A stretch of 64,000 bases of DNA from Bacteroidota bacterium (lineage in GTDB: Bacteria; Bacteroidota; Bacteroidia; NS11-12g; UBA955): NCBI GenBank assembly GCA_027490055.1, contig JAIXYV010000063.1, positions 1,377 through 65,376 of the forward strand. The letters are read 5' to 3'. Position numbers and translations under genes: made by a program. The notes below the pieces were generated by a model, which worked only from the letters and a program-made list of their open reading frames with translations, ran no database searches and was not told the origin of the DNA. Shown here one piece after another: positions 9,599 through 19,070 of the stretch. Position 1 is the stretch's first letter. Each line of letters begins with the position of its first letter.

Positions 9599-10804
9599 TT
9601 AAAGCTCGTGTCCCATTTTCTCTTTCTTGGTAATCAGGTAGCCAGCGTTGTGCTGATTCGGGATAGTAATAATTGGAATATTCTCTACTATTTCTAAACC
9701 GTAACCTATTAAACCTGTGCGCTTTTTAGGGTTATTGCTAATCAGTTTCATTTTAGAAACACCAAGATCTCTAAGAATCTGAGCGCCTATGCCATAGTCG
9801 CGTTCGTCCATTTTAAAACCTAGCTCCAGATTAGCATCTACAGTGTCCATACCTTGTTCCTGAAGTTTGTAGGCTTTCAGTTTATTCAATAAACCAATAC
9901 CTCTGCCTTCCTGGTTCATGTATAGAACAACACCTTTACCTTCAGATTCTATCATGTGTAAAGCTGAGTGTAATTGCTCACCGCAATCGCATCTGCAAGA
10001 ACCGAAGATATCTCCAGTCATGCAACTGCTGTGCACACGCACCATAATAGGTTCGTCTTTTTCCCAATTGCCTTTCTTGATAGCTAAATGCTGAGTGCCA
10101 TCTGAAATCTGAGAGTAGGCAATCATTTCAAAATCACCAAAAGCAGTTGGCATGTCGATAGCTATTTCGCGCTTAACGTGACTTTCGTTTTTGATTCTAT
10201 ATTTGATCAGGTCTTCTATAGACACAATTTTAAGATCAAATTTCTTGGCAATTTCTACCAGTTCTGGTAAACGCGCCATTTCACCATCTTCTTTTAAAAT
10301 TTCAACAATACAACCTGCTGGTTCCAGTCCTGCCAAACGGGCAAAGTCGATGGCTGCTTCGGTATGACCAGCGCGCTTGAGTACACCTTCTTTCTGAGCT
10401 TTCAGCGGGAAGATATGACCAGGACGAGCCAGGTCAGACACTTTAGTATCTTTGTTAATTAGCGCTTGTATGGTTTTGCTTCTGTCAGAGGCAGAAATAC
10501 CTGTGGTAGTGCCGTGTCCGATTAAATCGACCGATACAGTAAATGGCGTTTCGTATAAAGAATTGTTAGAACTCACCATCATATCCAGTTCCAGCTCCAC
10601 ACATCTTTCGGGAATAAGTGGTACACAGATTAAACCGCGACCTTCTTTAGCCATGAAGTTGATCATTTCAGGTGTCACATTAGACGCTGCCGTCAGAAAA
10701 TCACCTTCATTCTCTCTGTCCTCATCATCCACAACAATAATTAATTTGCCGTTTTTGATGTCTTCTATCGCCGATTCTATGCTATCTAATTGGTATGGGT
10801 TCAT
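9599..10804 (-). CDS. ribBA: bifunctional 3,4-dihydroxy-2-butanone-4-phosphate synthase / GTP cyclohydrolase II
   Basis: 401 aa. The RibB half has [12 protein letters not shown] and RAGHTEA. The RibA half has [21 protein letters not shown] and QEGRGIGL. Confidence 0.95.
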   Translation of the reverse strand: MNPYQLDSIESAIEDIKNGKLIIVVDDEDRENEGDFLTAASNVTPEMINFMAKEGRGLICVPLIPERCVELELDMMVSSNNSLYETPFTVSVDLIGHGTTTGISASDRSKTIQALINKDTKVSDLARPGHIFPLKAQKEGVLKRAGHTEAAIDFARLAGLEPAGCIVEILKEDGEMARLPELVEIAKKFDLKIVSIEDLIKYRIKNESHVKREIAIDMPTAFGDFEMIAYSQISDGTQHLAIKKGNWEKDEPIMVRVHSSCMTGDIFGSCRCDCGEQLHSALHMIESEGKGVVLYMNQEGRGIGLLNKLKAYKLQEQGMDTVDANLELGFKMDERDYGIGAQILRDLGVSKMKLISNNPKKRTGLIGYGLEIVENIPIITIPNQHNAGYLITKKEKMGHEL

Positions 10805-10818
10805 GACTTATTCGACTG

Positions 10819-10826
10819 CAAAATTA
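10819..10826 (-). promoter_or_regulatory. -7 box TAATTTTG for ribBA
   Basis: The reverse complement of caaaatta matches TAnnTTTG. It lies 14 nt upstream of the ribBA ATG at 10804. Confidence 0.35.
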
Positions 10827-11027
10827 GTGTAAAACCGATGATTTTTTGCTATAGGTTATCAGATTTGCCACATCAATATATTTTATAGTTAAGTGGTAGC
10901 GGCATCTGGCGCTCTGCTATAATACTTATAACTCTGTGTCATTAGTCGCTTGTCTTTGTGCGAGTTGACCATCTTTTTATACTTTAAAAAGTAAAGACTG
11001 GAATGGGGTAAATTTATTTGAACCTGA

Positions 11028-11744
11028 CTAACTATTCAGGTCAAAAGGCGTTTCAGAAATGCTCAGTTGATGGTTTTCAATTTGCCAGAAGGCAGTGCCA
11101 TGGCGGTTAGCCAGATCCATATCGTGAGTGGATACGATGATGAGTTTATTTTTTTGATCGGCAATGGTTCTGAGGTCTTTGAAAAGTTGCACCTTGCTTG
11201 GGTAATCCAGGAAGGCGCTGGGTTCATCCATCACAATAACGGGCGTATCCTGCACCAATGCTCTGGCTATATTGGCTTTTTGCCATTCACCATCGCTAAT
11301 GGTATTGAGGTATTTATTGCGGATAGCCGCTATGCCTAATAAATTAACAGCTTCATCAAGCAGTTGTAAATCTTTCTCAGTATGCGGCTGATTCAGGTAA
11401 GGGAATCGTCCGAAAAGAATGAGATCCTGCACCTTGATATAGTCTTCTTTCACCCTGTCGGTATTGACATAAGCCAGTTGATGAGAAAGCTTGTTAAAGG
11501 TTTTAAAGGCCGTCCGAAAAGAAGAAGCCTGAGCATTCGAAGGCAATCTTGTTCCTTTTATAGTAATTGTTCCTGACAAAGCTGGTATCAGTCCCGCAAT
11601 GGTTTTGAGCAAAGTACTTTTACCAGTGCCGTTGCGACCGCTTAGGATAATAAGTCCTGAGCCCGGAACAGACAGTGAAACAGGCTGGCAAAGGCTGGTG
11701 CCGCGACCAAATTCCAGAGCTTCGATATGGAGAATATCAGACAT
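11028..11744 (-). CDS. ABC transporter ATP-binding protein (iron-siderophore/cobalamin FecE/BtuD-like)
   Basis: 238 aa with Walker A GRNGTGKST, signature SDGEWQ and Walker B VIVMDEP. Its start shares one nucleotide (TGATG) with the stop of the upstream permease gene. Confidence 0.85.
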   Translation of the reverse strand: MSDILHIEALEFGRGTSLCQPVSLSVPGSGLIILSGRNGTGKSTLLKTIAGLIPALSGTITIKGTRLPSNAQASSFRTAFKTFNKLSHQLAYVNTDRVKEDYIKVQDLILFGRFPYLNQPHTEKDLQLLDEAVNLLGIAAIRNKYLNTISDGEWQKANIARALVQDTPVIVMDEPSAFLDYPSKVQLFKDLRTIADQKNKLIIVSTHDMDLANRHGTAFWQIENHQLSISETPFDLNS

Positions 11745-12709
11745 CAGTTGCGGTTTCTAAAAAGGATATAGATGACAAATGGACCACCGATGATGGCAGT
11801 ACTAACATTTACCGGAATATTTACCGAGGCGATATCAACAGATGAAATCATCTGACTGATAAGCGCCATACAAGCACCTAACAAAGCATTGGCCAGTAAA
11901 AGGTGTTTGAAATTGGCGGTTTTAAAAAGTATCTTGACCATATTAGGAATGGCCATACCGATGAAGGCAATTGGACCGCAATAAGCAGTTGCAATACCAG
12001 TCAGAAGGCCAGTGCAGGCCAGCAATTGAAAAGCAACCAATCGCGTGTTGACACCGAGGGATTGAGAGACCTCATCACCAAGCACCATGACAGATAAAGA
12101 AGGCATTAAAGAAAATGCCCAAATGAGTCCGCCTGCCAAAGTACATCCAAACACCATCAGATCCATATCGATTGTAGAATTAAAAGACCCCATGCTCCAC
12201 AGCGTAAAATATTTGAGGTCGTTGGGATTGGCCAGATAGCTTAAAAGATTTTGCAGGGCACCGGTTAGTTGCCCGATGATGACACCAAAAAGTAGGATGA
12301 TGGCACCATAGCCAAATCTGGCGGAGACCATCAAAATAAGAAACAAGATGGCAGATGCTCCCACAAAGCCCGCCAGAGGAATGCTAAAGCTTCTGGAGAT
12401 AAAGGGTAGGGCGCTGGTGGAAATGATTACCAGGGCAACCATAAGCGAGGCGCCAGAGCTAACGCCAAGGATATAGGGACCAGCAAGCGTGTTCTTAAAC
12501 AGCTGCTGAAGGATATGACCGGAAACGGCAAGCGCCATCCCGCAGCAAATAGCAGTAACGACAGCGGGAAGTCTGAATTGATAAACAATGGTTAAGTCGC
12601 TTTCAGATGACCATGGTCCGAAACCCGCCGGGAAGGGCAGTAGAAAGATGGCTGTTAGGGCCAGAGCAATCAAACAAAAAAGCAGGATAAGCAGATGTCG
12701 ACTTTGCAT
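11744..12709 (-). CDS. FecCD-family ABC permease (iron/cobalamin type)
   Basis: 321 aa and multi-TM. The pattern is typical of FecCD/BtuC proteins (GPYILGVSSGASL, ...GGPFVIYIL). No substrate-binding protein gene is adjacent. Confidence 0.8.
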   Translation of the reverse strand: MQSRHLLILLFCLIALALTAIFLLPFPAGFGPWSSESDLTIVYQFRLPAVVTAICCGMALAVSGHILQQLFKNTLAGPYILGVSSGASLMVALVIISTSALPFISRSFSIPLAGFVGASAILFLILMVSARFGYGAIILLFGVIIGQLTGALQNLLSYLANPNDLKYFTLWSMGSFNSTIDMDLMVFGCTLAGGLIWAFSLMPSLSVMVLGDEVSQSLGVNTRLVAFQLLACTGLLTGIATAYCGPIAFIGMAIPNMVKILFKTANFKHLLLANALLGACMALISQMISSVDIASVNIPVNVSTAIIGGPFVIYILFRNRN

Positions 12710-12814
12710 GTTTAACGTAAGTTCAAAAAAAAAGCCTTTCAGACGAAAAAAGCCTGATCTTCCTCAGAATATATCAACAACTTAGCAATATTATGGAATA
12801 TTGAGATTTTTTGG

Positions 12815-12822
12815 TAAATTTG
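12815..12822 (+). promoter_or_regulatory. -7 box TAAATTTG for pckA
   Basis: Exact TAnnTTTG match, 26 nt upstream of the ATG at 12849. The TTG that the ORF track uses as a start (12801) lies upstream of this box. Confidence 0.45.
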
Positions 12823-12848
12823 CAACCCTATTTTATTTACAAAATACA

Positions 12849-14438
12849 ATGACTAATCAAGACATTTTAAATGGTATTTTAAACAATGCCGGACATGCAA
12901 ATGTGAACCTGACGCCTGATGAACTGGTGCACAAAGCTTTAGAGAGAAAAGAAGGTGTAATTACCAGTCGTGGTGCATTAGCTGCAGATACTGGCGAATT
13001 TACCGGTCGTTCTCCAAAAGACAAGTTCACTGTATGCGACGAGAAAACAGAAAATACCGTTTGGTGGGGTAATGTGAATTTCAAATTCGAGCCTGCTAAA
13101 TTCGATGCTTTGTTAAATAAAGTGCTTGAGCACTACAAAGGCAAAGAGCTTTTCGTAAGAGATGCATACGCTTGTGCTCATCCAGAATACAGACTGAATA
13201 TTAAAGTTGTAACAGAATCTGCTTACCAGAATTTGTTTGCTAATAACCTTTTCTTAAGACCAGCAGCTGGCGAGAACCCAGAAGCTGAATGGTTAATTTT
13301 AGCTGCTCCAACATTCAAAGCTAATGCTGCTGAAGACGGAACAAGACAACACAACTTCTCTATCATCAACTTCACAAAAAAGATCATCTTAATCGGTGGT
13401 TCTGGTTATACTGGCGAACTTAAAAAAGGTATCTTCACTGTGTTGAATTATATCCTTCCGCAAGAACGCAAAACCTTGTCAATGCACTGCTCTGCTAACA
13501 TTGGCGAAAAAGGTGATACAGCAATTTTCTTTGGTTTATCAGGTACTGGTAAAACTACCTTGTCTGCAGATCCAAACAGAAAACTGATTGGTGACGATGA
13601 GCATGGCTGGAACGATGATTCAGTATTTAACTTCGAAGGTGGTTGCTACGCTAAGTGTATCGACTTAACAGAAGAAAAAGAACCACAAATCTGGAATGCC
13701 ATTAAACACGGTGCTTTAGAAGAGAACGTTCGTTTCTTTGCCGGCAGCAATAAAGTGAACTACGAAGATGTAAGCGTAACTGAGAATACCCGTGTAGCTT
13801 ACCCAATCGATTTTATCGACAATATCGCTGTGCCTTCAGTAGGTAAAGCGCCTAAAAATATCTTCTTCCTAACTTGTGATGCTTACGGTGTATTACCGCC
13901 AATCAGCAAATTAACGGTTGAACAGGCTATGTACCATTTCATCTCTGGTTACACGTCTAAAGTGGCTGGTACTGAAGCTGGCATTACCGAACCACAGAGT
14001 ACTTTCTCTGCTTGTTTCGGTCAGGCTTTCTTACCACTTCACCCTGCTAAATATGCTGAGTTATTAGGTGCTAAACTATCTGCCAACTCTGATATCAATG
14101 TATGGTTAGTGAACACTGGCTGGAGCGGTGGTGGATACGGTGTCGGTAACAGAATGAAATTGTCTTTCACCCGTGCTATGCTAACTGCTGCATTGAATGG
14201 TGAGTTAGACAATATCGAGTACACTTCTCATCCTGTATTTGGTGTATTAATGCCAAACAGCTGTCCAAATGTACCACAAGAGATTTTACACCCACGTAAT
14301 ACATGGGCTGATAAAGCAGCATACGATGCTACTGCCAATGCATTAGCAGAGAAATTCAACGAGAACTTCAAAAAGTTTGAAGAAGGTTCAAGCGAGGCTA
14401 TCAGAAATGCCGCGCCTCAAGCCGTTCAAGCTCAATAA
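12849..14438 (+). CDS. pckA: phosphoenolpyruvate carboxykinase (ATP)
   Basis: Motifs GRSPKDKF, GLSGTGKTTLS and IGDDEHGW. I trimmed the start to the ATG at 12849 (MTNQDILNG...). Confidence 0.95.
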   Translation: MTNQDILNGILNNAGHANVNLTPDELVHKALERKEGVITSRGALAADTGEFTGRSPKDKFTVCDEKTENTVWWGNVNFKFEPAKFDALLNKVLEHYKGKELFVRDAYACAHPEYRLNIKVVTESAYQNLFANNLFLRPAAGENPEAEWLILAAPTFKANAAEDGTRQHNFSIINFTKKIILIGGSGYTGELKKGIFTVLNYILPQERKTLSMHCSANIGEKGDTAIFFGLSGTGKTTLSADPNRKLIGDDEHGWNDDSVFNFEGGCYAKCIDLTEEKEPQIWNAIKHGALEENVRFFAGSNKVNYEDVSVTENTRVAYPIDFIDNIAVPSVGKAPKNIFFLTCDAYGVLPPISKLTVEQAMYHFISGYTSKVAGTEAGITEPQSTFSACFGQAFLPLHPAKYAELLGAKLSANSDINVWLVNTGWSGGGYGVGNRMKLSFTRAMLTAALNGELDNIEYTSHPVFGVLMPNSCPNVPQEILHPRNTWADKAAYDATANALAEKFNENFKKFEEGSSEAIRNAAPQAVQAQ

Positions 14439-14460
14439 TTGAATCTAATATTTTGAAAAA

Positions 14461-14487
14461 GGCAGTGAGCAATCACTGCCTTTTTTT
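14461..14487 (+). terminator. rho-independent terminator after pckA
   Basis: Perfect 8-bp stem ggcagtga/tcactgcc with loop gcaa, followed by T7. It begins 22 nt after the pckA stop. Confidence 0.7.
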
Positions 14488-14498
14488 ATTTTTGAAAG

Positions 14499-15149
14499 AT
14501 GAAAACTTCAACGCTGTTTCTGTTAATGTTAGCCTATTACCATGCATCAGCCACATTTAACAGGGGTAGTTTGACTATTTTCCGAAATGCAAGTTGTCAA
14601 GTCATGAGTACGGAAGGTATAAGTACAGGTGTAAAGTTGACTTCAAAACAATACTTTCCTTATAATTCCCTAAAAAAATCGCAATATGGGTTTTATGTCG
14701 AAAACAATTTTAGAGCTTTGGCAGTGCATATCAGCACTGTAAACAGGGCAACCTTTGCATTGGGAAGTACCTATCAGGCGCGCTTCTGCTATAACAATGC
14801 CGATAAGTCTAAGAAAGACATTTACCGGGTACTCAGTATAGACAATGATTTGATGTTAGAGGGATTGCTGTCAGACAAAAACCATGTAAATATGGGATTG
14901 CTCTTTTCAAGCACATGGAATTACAGAGTTCATGGTATAATGAATTATCCCATGATTGGTGTTCAGTTAAGAACATCCATTCAAGATAGCTACGCAATAA
15001 TGCCTGTTATTGGTTTTACCAATTTGATCAGAGATGTTTACTATGGCTATACCACTTATGCAACTGGTATATACGCCAACTACAGCAAGCATAATATTGG
15101 CTTTTCATTTAGGTTGTCTGAATTGTTAGAAGCTTTCAATCAAAAATAG
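14499..15149 (+). CDS. hypothetical secreted protein
   Basis: 216-aa ORF with a signal-like N-terminus MKTSTLFLLMLAYYHASA. I recognise no family. Confidence 0.4.
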   Translation: MKTSTLFLLMLAYYHASATFNRGSLTIFRNASCQVMSTEGISTGVKLTSKQYFPYNSLKKSQYGFYVENNFRALAVHISTVNRATFALGSTYQARFCYNNADKSKKDIYRVLSIDNDLMLEGLLSDKNHVNMGLLFSSTWNYRVHGIMNYPMIGVQLRTSIQDSYAIMPVIGFTNLIRDVYYGYTTYATGIYANYSKHNIGFSFRLSELLEAFNQK

Positions 15150-15171
15150 TCTTTGATTAAGAGAGTTGATG

Positions 15172-16032
15172 TTAAGCGGTAACTCGAGCTTTTCTTTTGT
15201 TTTTTAACAGGAGGGCGCGGATAATAAAAAAGCTGAAAATGCCAAGAATGAGACTGTTCTCGAGCCAGTAATCAAAAGGCGCAATCCAGATTTCTTCAAG
15301 TAGGTGCCAGCGCCCCAGAATTTCGATAAAGTTCCAGAATATCACCACCGTTGGTATGGCGTATTTAATGGCAAAATCTAACTGCTGAATGCGCATCAAT
15401 CGAGCGCCCAGTAACAGCGACCATAATAATGAGCCATAAGCAACCACATAGGTAAGCCAGTGCTTGCTGCCTGCAAATTGTTCGTCGTATACAAATAAAA
15501 GGACCAGGTAGAAAGTCCATATCACCATAATGGTTTCAAAAAAGGCCACAATAGCACTCGGTCTTTTGTGTTGTTTGATTTGGATATATTGTCGAAGGTT
15601 TAAACGCTTCTGCCACCATATAAATAACTTACAGCGACTGTCGGTGAATAAGAAAATGGCGATTACGGTGCTCAGCAATCCAATCGAAGACATCATCACC
15701 AGATATTCGGATCTGGTACTGATCTCATTGTTCTCCATCAAAGGCTCAACATGAAGTTTCTCTGCTATCCATACAAATGAAAATTCTATCCAGCCTGTCC
15801 ATACCAGTATGCCGCCTATAAATCCCATTATAGTAGCCCTGATAGGATAGTGGTTGAATCGAACACCTAGTACTAATAACAATATACCAAGTACCCCTAT
15901 CGCACCTGCCAGATAATACTTGTTGATGAAACTTACAGAGTCGTTTAATACCATGAGGGTATGACCTAAGGGAATTGAAAATAAAACTATAACGATGGCT
16001 ATTATGCCTTTGTTGGGATTAAATTTATTCAT
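15172..16032 (-). CDS. hypothetical polytopic membrane protein
   Basis: 286-aa ORF with roughly 8 hydrophobic segments. I recognise no family. Confidence 0.45.
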   Translation of the reverse strand: MNKFNPNKGIIAIVIVLFSIPLGHTLMVLNDSVSFINKYYLAGAIGVLGILLLVLGVRFNHYPIRATIMGFIGGILVWTGWIEFSFVWIAEKLHVEPLMENNEISTRSEYLVMMSSIGLLSTVIAIFLFTDSRCKLFIWWQKRLNLRQYIQIKQHKRPSAIVAFFETIMVIWTFYLVLLFVYDEQFAGSKHWLTYVVAYGSLLWSLLLGARLMRIQQLDFAIKYAIPTVVIFWNFIEILGRWHLLEEIWIAPFDYWLENSLILGIFSFFIIRALLLKNKRKARVTA

Positions 16033-16036
16033 AATT

Positions 16037-16055
16037 TATAATGATTCTAAATAGT
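16037..16055. promoter_or_regulatory. Fur-box-like site 1 (weak)
   Basis: tataatgattctaaatagt matches 12/19 positions of GATAATGATAATCATTATC by hand count. The match is weak because the surrounding DNA is AT-rich. Confidence 0.2.
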
Positions 16056-16118
16056 TGCAAACATAAAGCTATTTTTAAAGCAAAATAATGGCTTGTAGCA
16101 GAATGTTGATAAATTATA

Positions 16119-16137
16119 TAGAATGATTATAAATAAG
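16119..16137. promoter_or_regulatory. Fur-box-like site 2 (weak)
   Basis: tagaatgattataaataag also matches 12/19. It shares the core AATGATT with site 1. Confidence 0.2.
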
Positions 16138-16363
16138 CAATATGTTTGATTGTCAGCATAAAAAAAAGATTAAATTTATCGAAAAATAACCTTAAATTTA
16201 GTTATTTACCAATATTCAGGCATCTCGTTTTTTGTGTTTTGGAATTTGTTATTGTTTGATAGTGAGATTAGTAGGAATTGTTTTATTATTAATTTTCTTT
16301 GTTAAGTGTTTGATAAACTGAATTTTTAGTACATTTATTTATAATTAGTCTAAATAAAGGTAC

Positions 16364-16371
16364 TATATTTG
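16364..16371 (+). promoter_or_regulatory. -7 box TATATTTG only 4 nt upstream of the ATG at 16376
   Basis: Exact TAnnTTTG match followed by ccgc and then ATG. Confidence 0.4.
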
Positions 16372-16375
16372 CCGC

Positions 16376-17590
16376 ATGAAATACCGTTTACTACTATTTT
16401 TTCTTTTGTTTGGATGCATTAATGCATTGAAGTCGCAGGTCTTGACAAAAGAAGATTCTCTGGCTGCCGGCTTAACAATGACAGGTAAAACGACTGTATT
16501 AAGTGGCTATGGCGAAATGATGCTGTCATACAATAAAGGTACTCAAACTGCCAATGCCAATGTCACCAGATTTGTCACTTTCATGGGGCATCGTTTCAGT
16601 AAGAAAGTTACTTTATTCTCTGAGCTTGAACTGGAAAATGCCAAAGTAAGTAACGGTGGTAGCGGCGAGTTCTCCATCGAGCAAGCTTTCATCAAATTCG
16701 ATATTAACCGCAGCAGTTATATAGTAGCTGGTTTGTTCATTCCGCGTATTGGTATCATTAATGAAAACCATCTACCAACAACCTATAATGGCAACAGCAG
16801 ACATTTTGTTGAAAGCAACCTGATTCCTTCTACATGGAGAGAAATAGGGGTGGGATTGTATGGTCGCTTCGACCGCCTGCCAGGTTTTAATTACTACATT
16901 GGTTTAACCAATGGTCTGAGTAGCGCTGGCTTTACCAGACAAACGGGAATTCGCGAAGGTCGTTTTGAAGGCAATAATGCCACTGCTACCAATTTGGCTG
17001 TTAGTGCTGCAGGTTTATACTACTACCGAAATTTCAGATTCCAGGCATCTTGCTACTACGGCGGAAGTGCTGGTATTACTCCTAAAGCAGGCGATAGTTT
17101 GCAATTAAACACAGGACCATTTGGGACGCCAGTATTGCTGTCTGAAGCCAATGTACAATACACTGGTAAAAGATTTGGATTTAAAACACTGGCGACCGTT
17201 GTAAATATCAGCGATGCCTATAATATCAGTCGCGCATACAACAACAATGTCGCTCAACAGATGTTAGGTGCTTTTGCCGAGGTCAATTATCAGTTCTTAA
17301 CGCTGGGCGATGTCTTCTCTAAAAAGCTCATAGGTTTTGCGCGTTACGAGTGGTACGATCTCAACTATAAAATGCCGGTTAATGGTATAAAAGACGATGC
17401 GCTTAACTGCCATTTTCTGGTGACAGGTATTACTTATAAACCTGTAGTTGGTGTCGCCATCAAAGCGGATGTTGTAAACCGAGTTTCCGGCACTCCTAAT
17501 CCTGTATTCAACAATCCACCAGTGCCACAGGCGCCTTTGTATTTAACGAATAACTGGTTCTATAACCTTGGTATAGCCTATAATTTCTAA
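16376..17590 (+). CDS. putative outer-membrane porin (beta-barrel)
   Basis: 404 aa with signal peptide MKYRLLLFFLLFGCINALKSQ. It has an alternating-residue strand pattern and a C-terminal ...NLGIAYNF typical of OMP terminal strands. Confidence 0.55.
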   Translation: MKYRLLLFFLLFGCINALKSQVLTKEDSLAAGLTMTGKTTVLSGYGEMMLSYNKGTQTANANVTRFVTFMGHRFSKKVTLFSELELENAKVSNGGSGEFSIEQAFIKFDINRSSYIVAGLFIPRIGIINENHLPTTYNGNSRHFVESNLIPSTWREIGVGLYGRFDRLPGFNYYIGLTNGLSSAGFTRQTGIREGRFEGNNATATNLAVSAAGLYYYRNFRFQASCYYGGSAGITPKAGDSLQLNTGPFGTPVLLSEANVQYTGKRFGFKTLATVVNISDAYNISRAYNNNVAQQMLGAFAEVNYQFLTLGDVFSKKLIGFARYEWYDLNYKMPVNGIKDDALNCHFLVTGITYKPVVGVAIKADVVNRVSGTPNPVFNNPPVPQAPLYLTNNWFYNLGIAYNF

Positions 17591-17592
17591 TC

Positions 17593-18021
17593 ATGGAAAG
17601 ACGTCATTTTATAAAGCAATCGTGTACAGTTTGTATGGGACTGATGGCGGGAGTCTCTGTTGTAACACTAATGGATGCCTGTGCAACTGGAAAAATAGTC
17701 AAATCAGAAGCGGTCAATAACCAGATTTCAGTGAATGTCTCTGAGTTTAAACCCGAGCAATCCTTTGTTCTGGTAAGGGCCTCGACACTGAACTTCGATA
17801 TATTACTGCACAAAGATTCTGATACTTCTTACACCGCTTTGCTGATGCAATGTACGCACTACGACAATCCTGTCTTTGCCAACAACAAAGAGATTTTCTG
17901 TCCATCGCATGGCAGCAAATTTGATTTTTCAGGTAAGGTGTTGAAAGAACCTGCCACACAAAATTTAAAAACATATAAAACAGAACTTAACAACTCTGTG
18001 ATTACAATAAATATCGCATGA
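17593..18021 (+). CDS. Tat-exported Rieske [2Fe-2S] domain protein
   Basis: 142 aa with twin-arginine motif ERRHFIK and Rieske ligand boxes CTHYD and CPSHGSKF. It starts 2 nt after the porin stop. Confidence 0.8.
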   Translation: MERRHFIKQSCTVCMGLMAGVSVVTLMDACATGKIVKSEAVNNQISVNVSEFKPEQSFVLVRASTLNFDILLHKDSDTSYTALLMQCTHYDNPVFANNKEIFCPSHGSKFDFSGKVLKEPATQNLKTYKTELNNSVITINIA

Positions 18022-19070
18022 AACCATTTTATTATTTAGCCATACTATTGGTCTTTTTTGGCTCAGCCTGCCGTCCAAACGAGGCAGAAGGACCGAGAGA
18101 GAATTACCAGCAAGTGATATTAAACGAATTAAGTTTTAACCTCTTTCTTACTTCTTATTCGACATTAGAAAATCGTTCTGAGACGCTTTTAAACACTATT
18201 AAAAGCTATGCGGCTAATCCAACACAAAATGGCCTGGATCTTTGCCGTGCTAACTGGAGAGCCACGCGTGAGGTATGGGAAAATTCGGAAGCCTGGTTAT
18301 TCGGTCCCGTTTCTACAGAAAGCATAGATCCTCGTATCGACACCTGGCCAGTCGATTTTATTCGTCTCGATTCAGTGCTAAACAGCAATGCAACTTTTAG
18401 TAATGCCTATATCAATTCTTTGGAAGAATCTTTAAAAGGTTTCCATCCTATGGAATATCTTTTATTTGGGAAAAACGGCAATAAATCTGTTTCCGAATTT
18501 GATGCCCGTCAGATGGCCTACCTGGTGGCACTGGCAGAAAATTTAAAACAATTGTGTTCAGAATTACACACTGCTTGGTCGCCACAGGTTGGTAAATACG
18601 TCGATGAACTTACTTTAACGGGTCCCTTAAAACTGTATCCCAATAAACTCAGTGCTTACGAAGAAATTACCAATGCCTTAATTGGTATCTGCGATGAAGT
18701 GGCCAATGGTAAAATTAATGATGTTTTCATTAATCTGGATTCAATGGGAGAGGAATCGCCTTTCGCTAAAAATAGTATCACCGATTTTACTAATAACATC
18801 AAAGGTGTACAGATGGTGTACCTCGGTCCAGATCCATCGGGCACTACCGGACTGGTCGATTTTGTCAGAACCTTCAACCTCAGTTTAGATGCCCGCATCA
18901 AACAAAAAATCAATACGGCTATTTCAGCATTAGGACAGATTACTGATCCGTTTGGACGCGCTATATTTACTCAGCCAATACAAGTTCAAAATGCTGTAGA
19001 TGCTATCAATGATTTGAAAACAGAATTGGAAACAGGTTTATTGCCCTTGATACAAGTACATGTCAAATGA
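18018..19070 (+). CDS. imelysin-family (peptidase M75 / EfeO-IrpA-like) lipoprotein
   Basis: 350 aa with lipoprotein signal FFGSAC and the imelysin-type motif GFHPMEYLLFG. It has an ATGA overlap with the Rieske gene. Confidence 0.7.
   Translation: MKPFYYLAILLVFFGSACRPNEAEGPRENYQQVILNELSFNLFLTSYSTLENRSETLLNTIKSYAANPTQNGLDLCRANWRATREVWENSEAWLFGPVSTESIDPRIDTWPVDFIRLDSVLNSNATFSNAYINSLEESLKGFHPMEYLLFGKNGNKSVSEFDARQMAYLVALAENLKQLCSELHTAWSPQVGKYVDELTLTGPLKLYPNKLSAYEEITNALIGICDEVANGKINDVFINLDSMGEESPFAKNSITDFTNNIKGVQMVYLGPDPSGTTGLVDFVRTFNLSLDARIKQKINTAISALGQITDPFGRAIFTQPIQVQNAVDAINDLKTELETGLLPLIQVHVK

Noticed and set aside
10805-11027. A possible FMN (RFN) riboswitch in the 223-bp gap upstream of ribBA.
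   Set aside because: Read on the minus strand, none of the conserved RFN blocks is present (the GGGTGAAATTCC-like or CCGACGGT..AGTCCGGATG-like cores). A good -7 box (TAATTTTG) lies only 14 nt from the ATG and leaves no room for a ~130-nt aptamer in the leader. A covariance-model scan would settle it.
12710-12800. A possible cobalamin riboswitch upstream of the FecCD/BtuC-like permease.
   Set aside because: Only about 90 bp separates the permease start from the divergent pckA promoter. That is too short for a cobalamin aptamer, and I saw no B12-box-like sequence.
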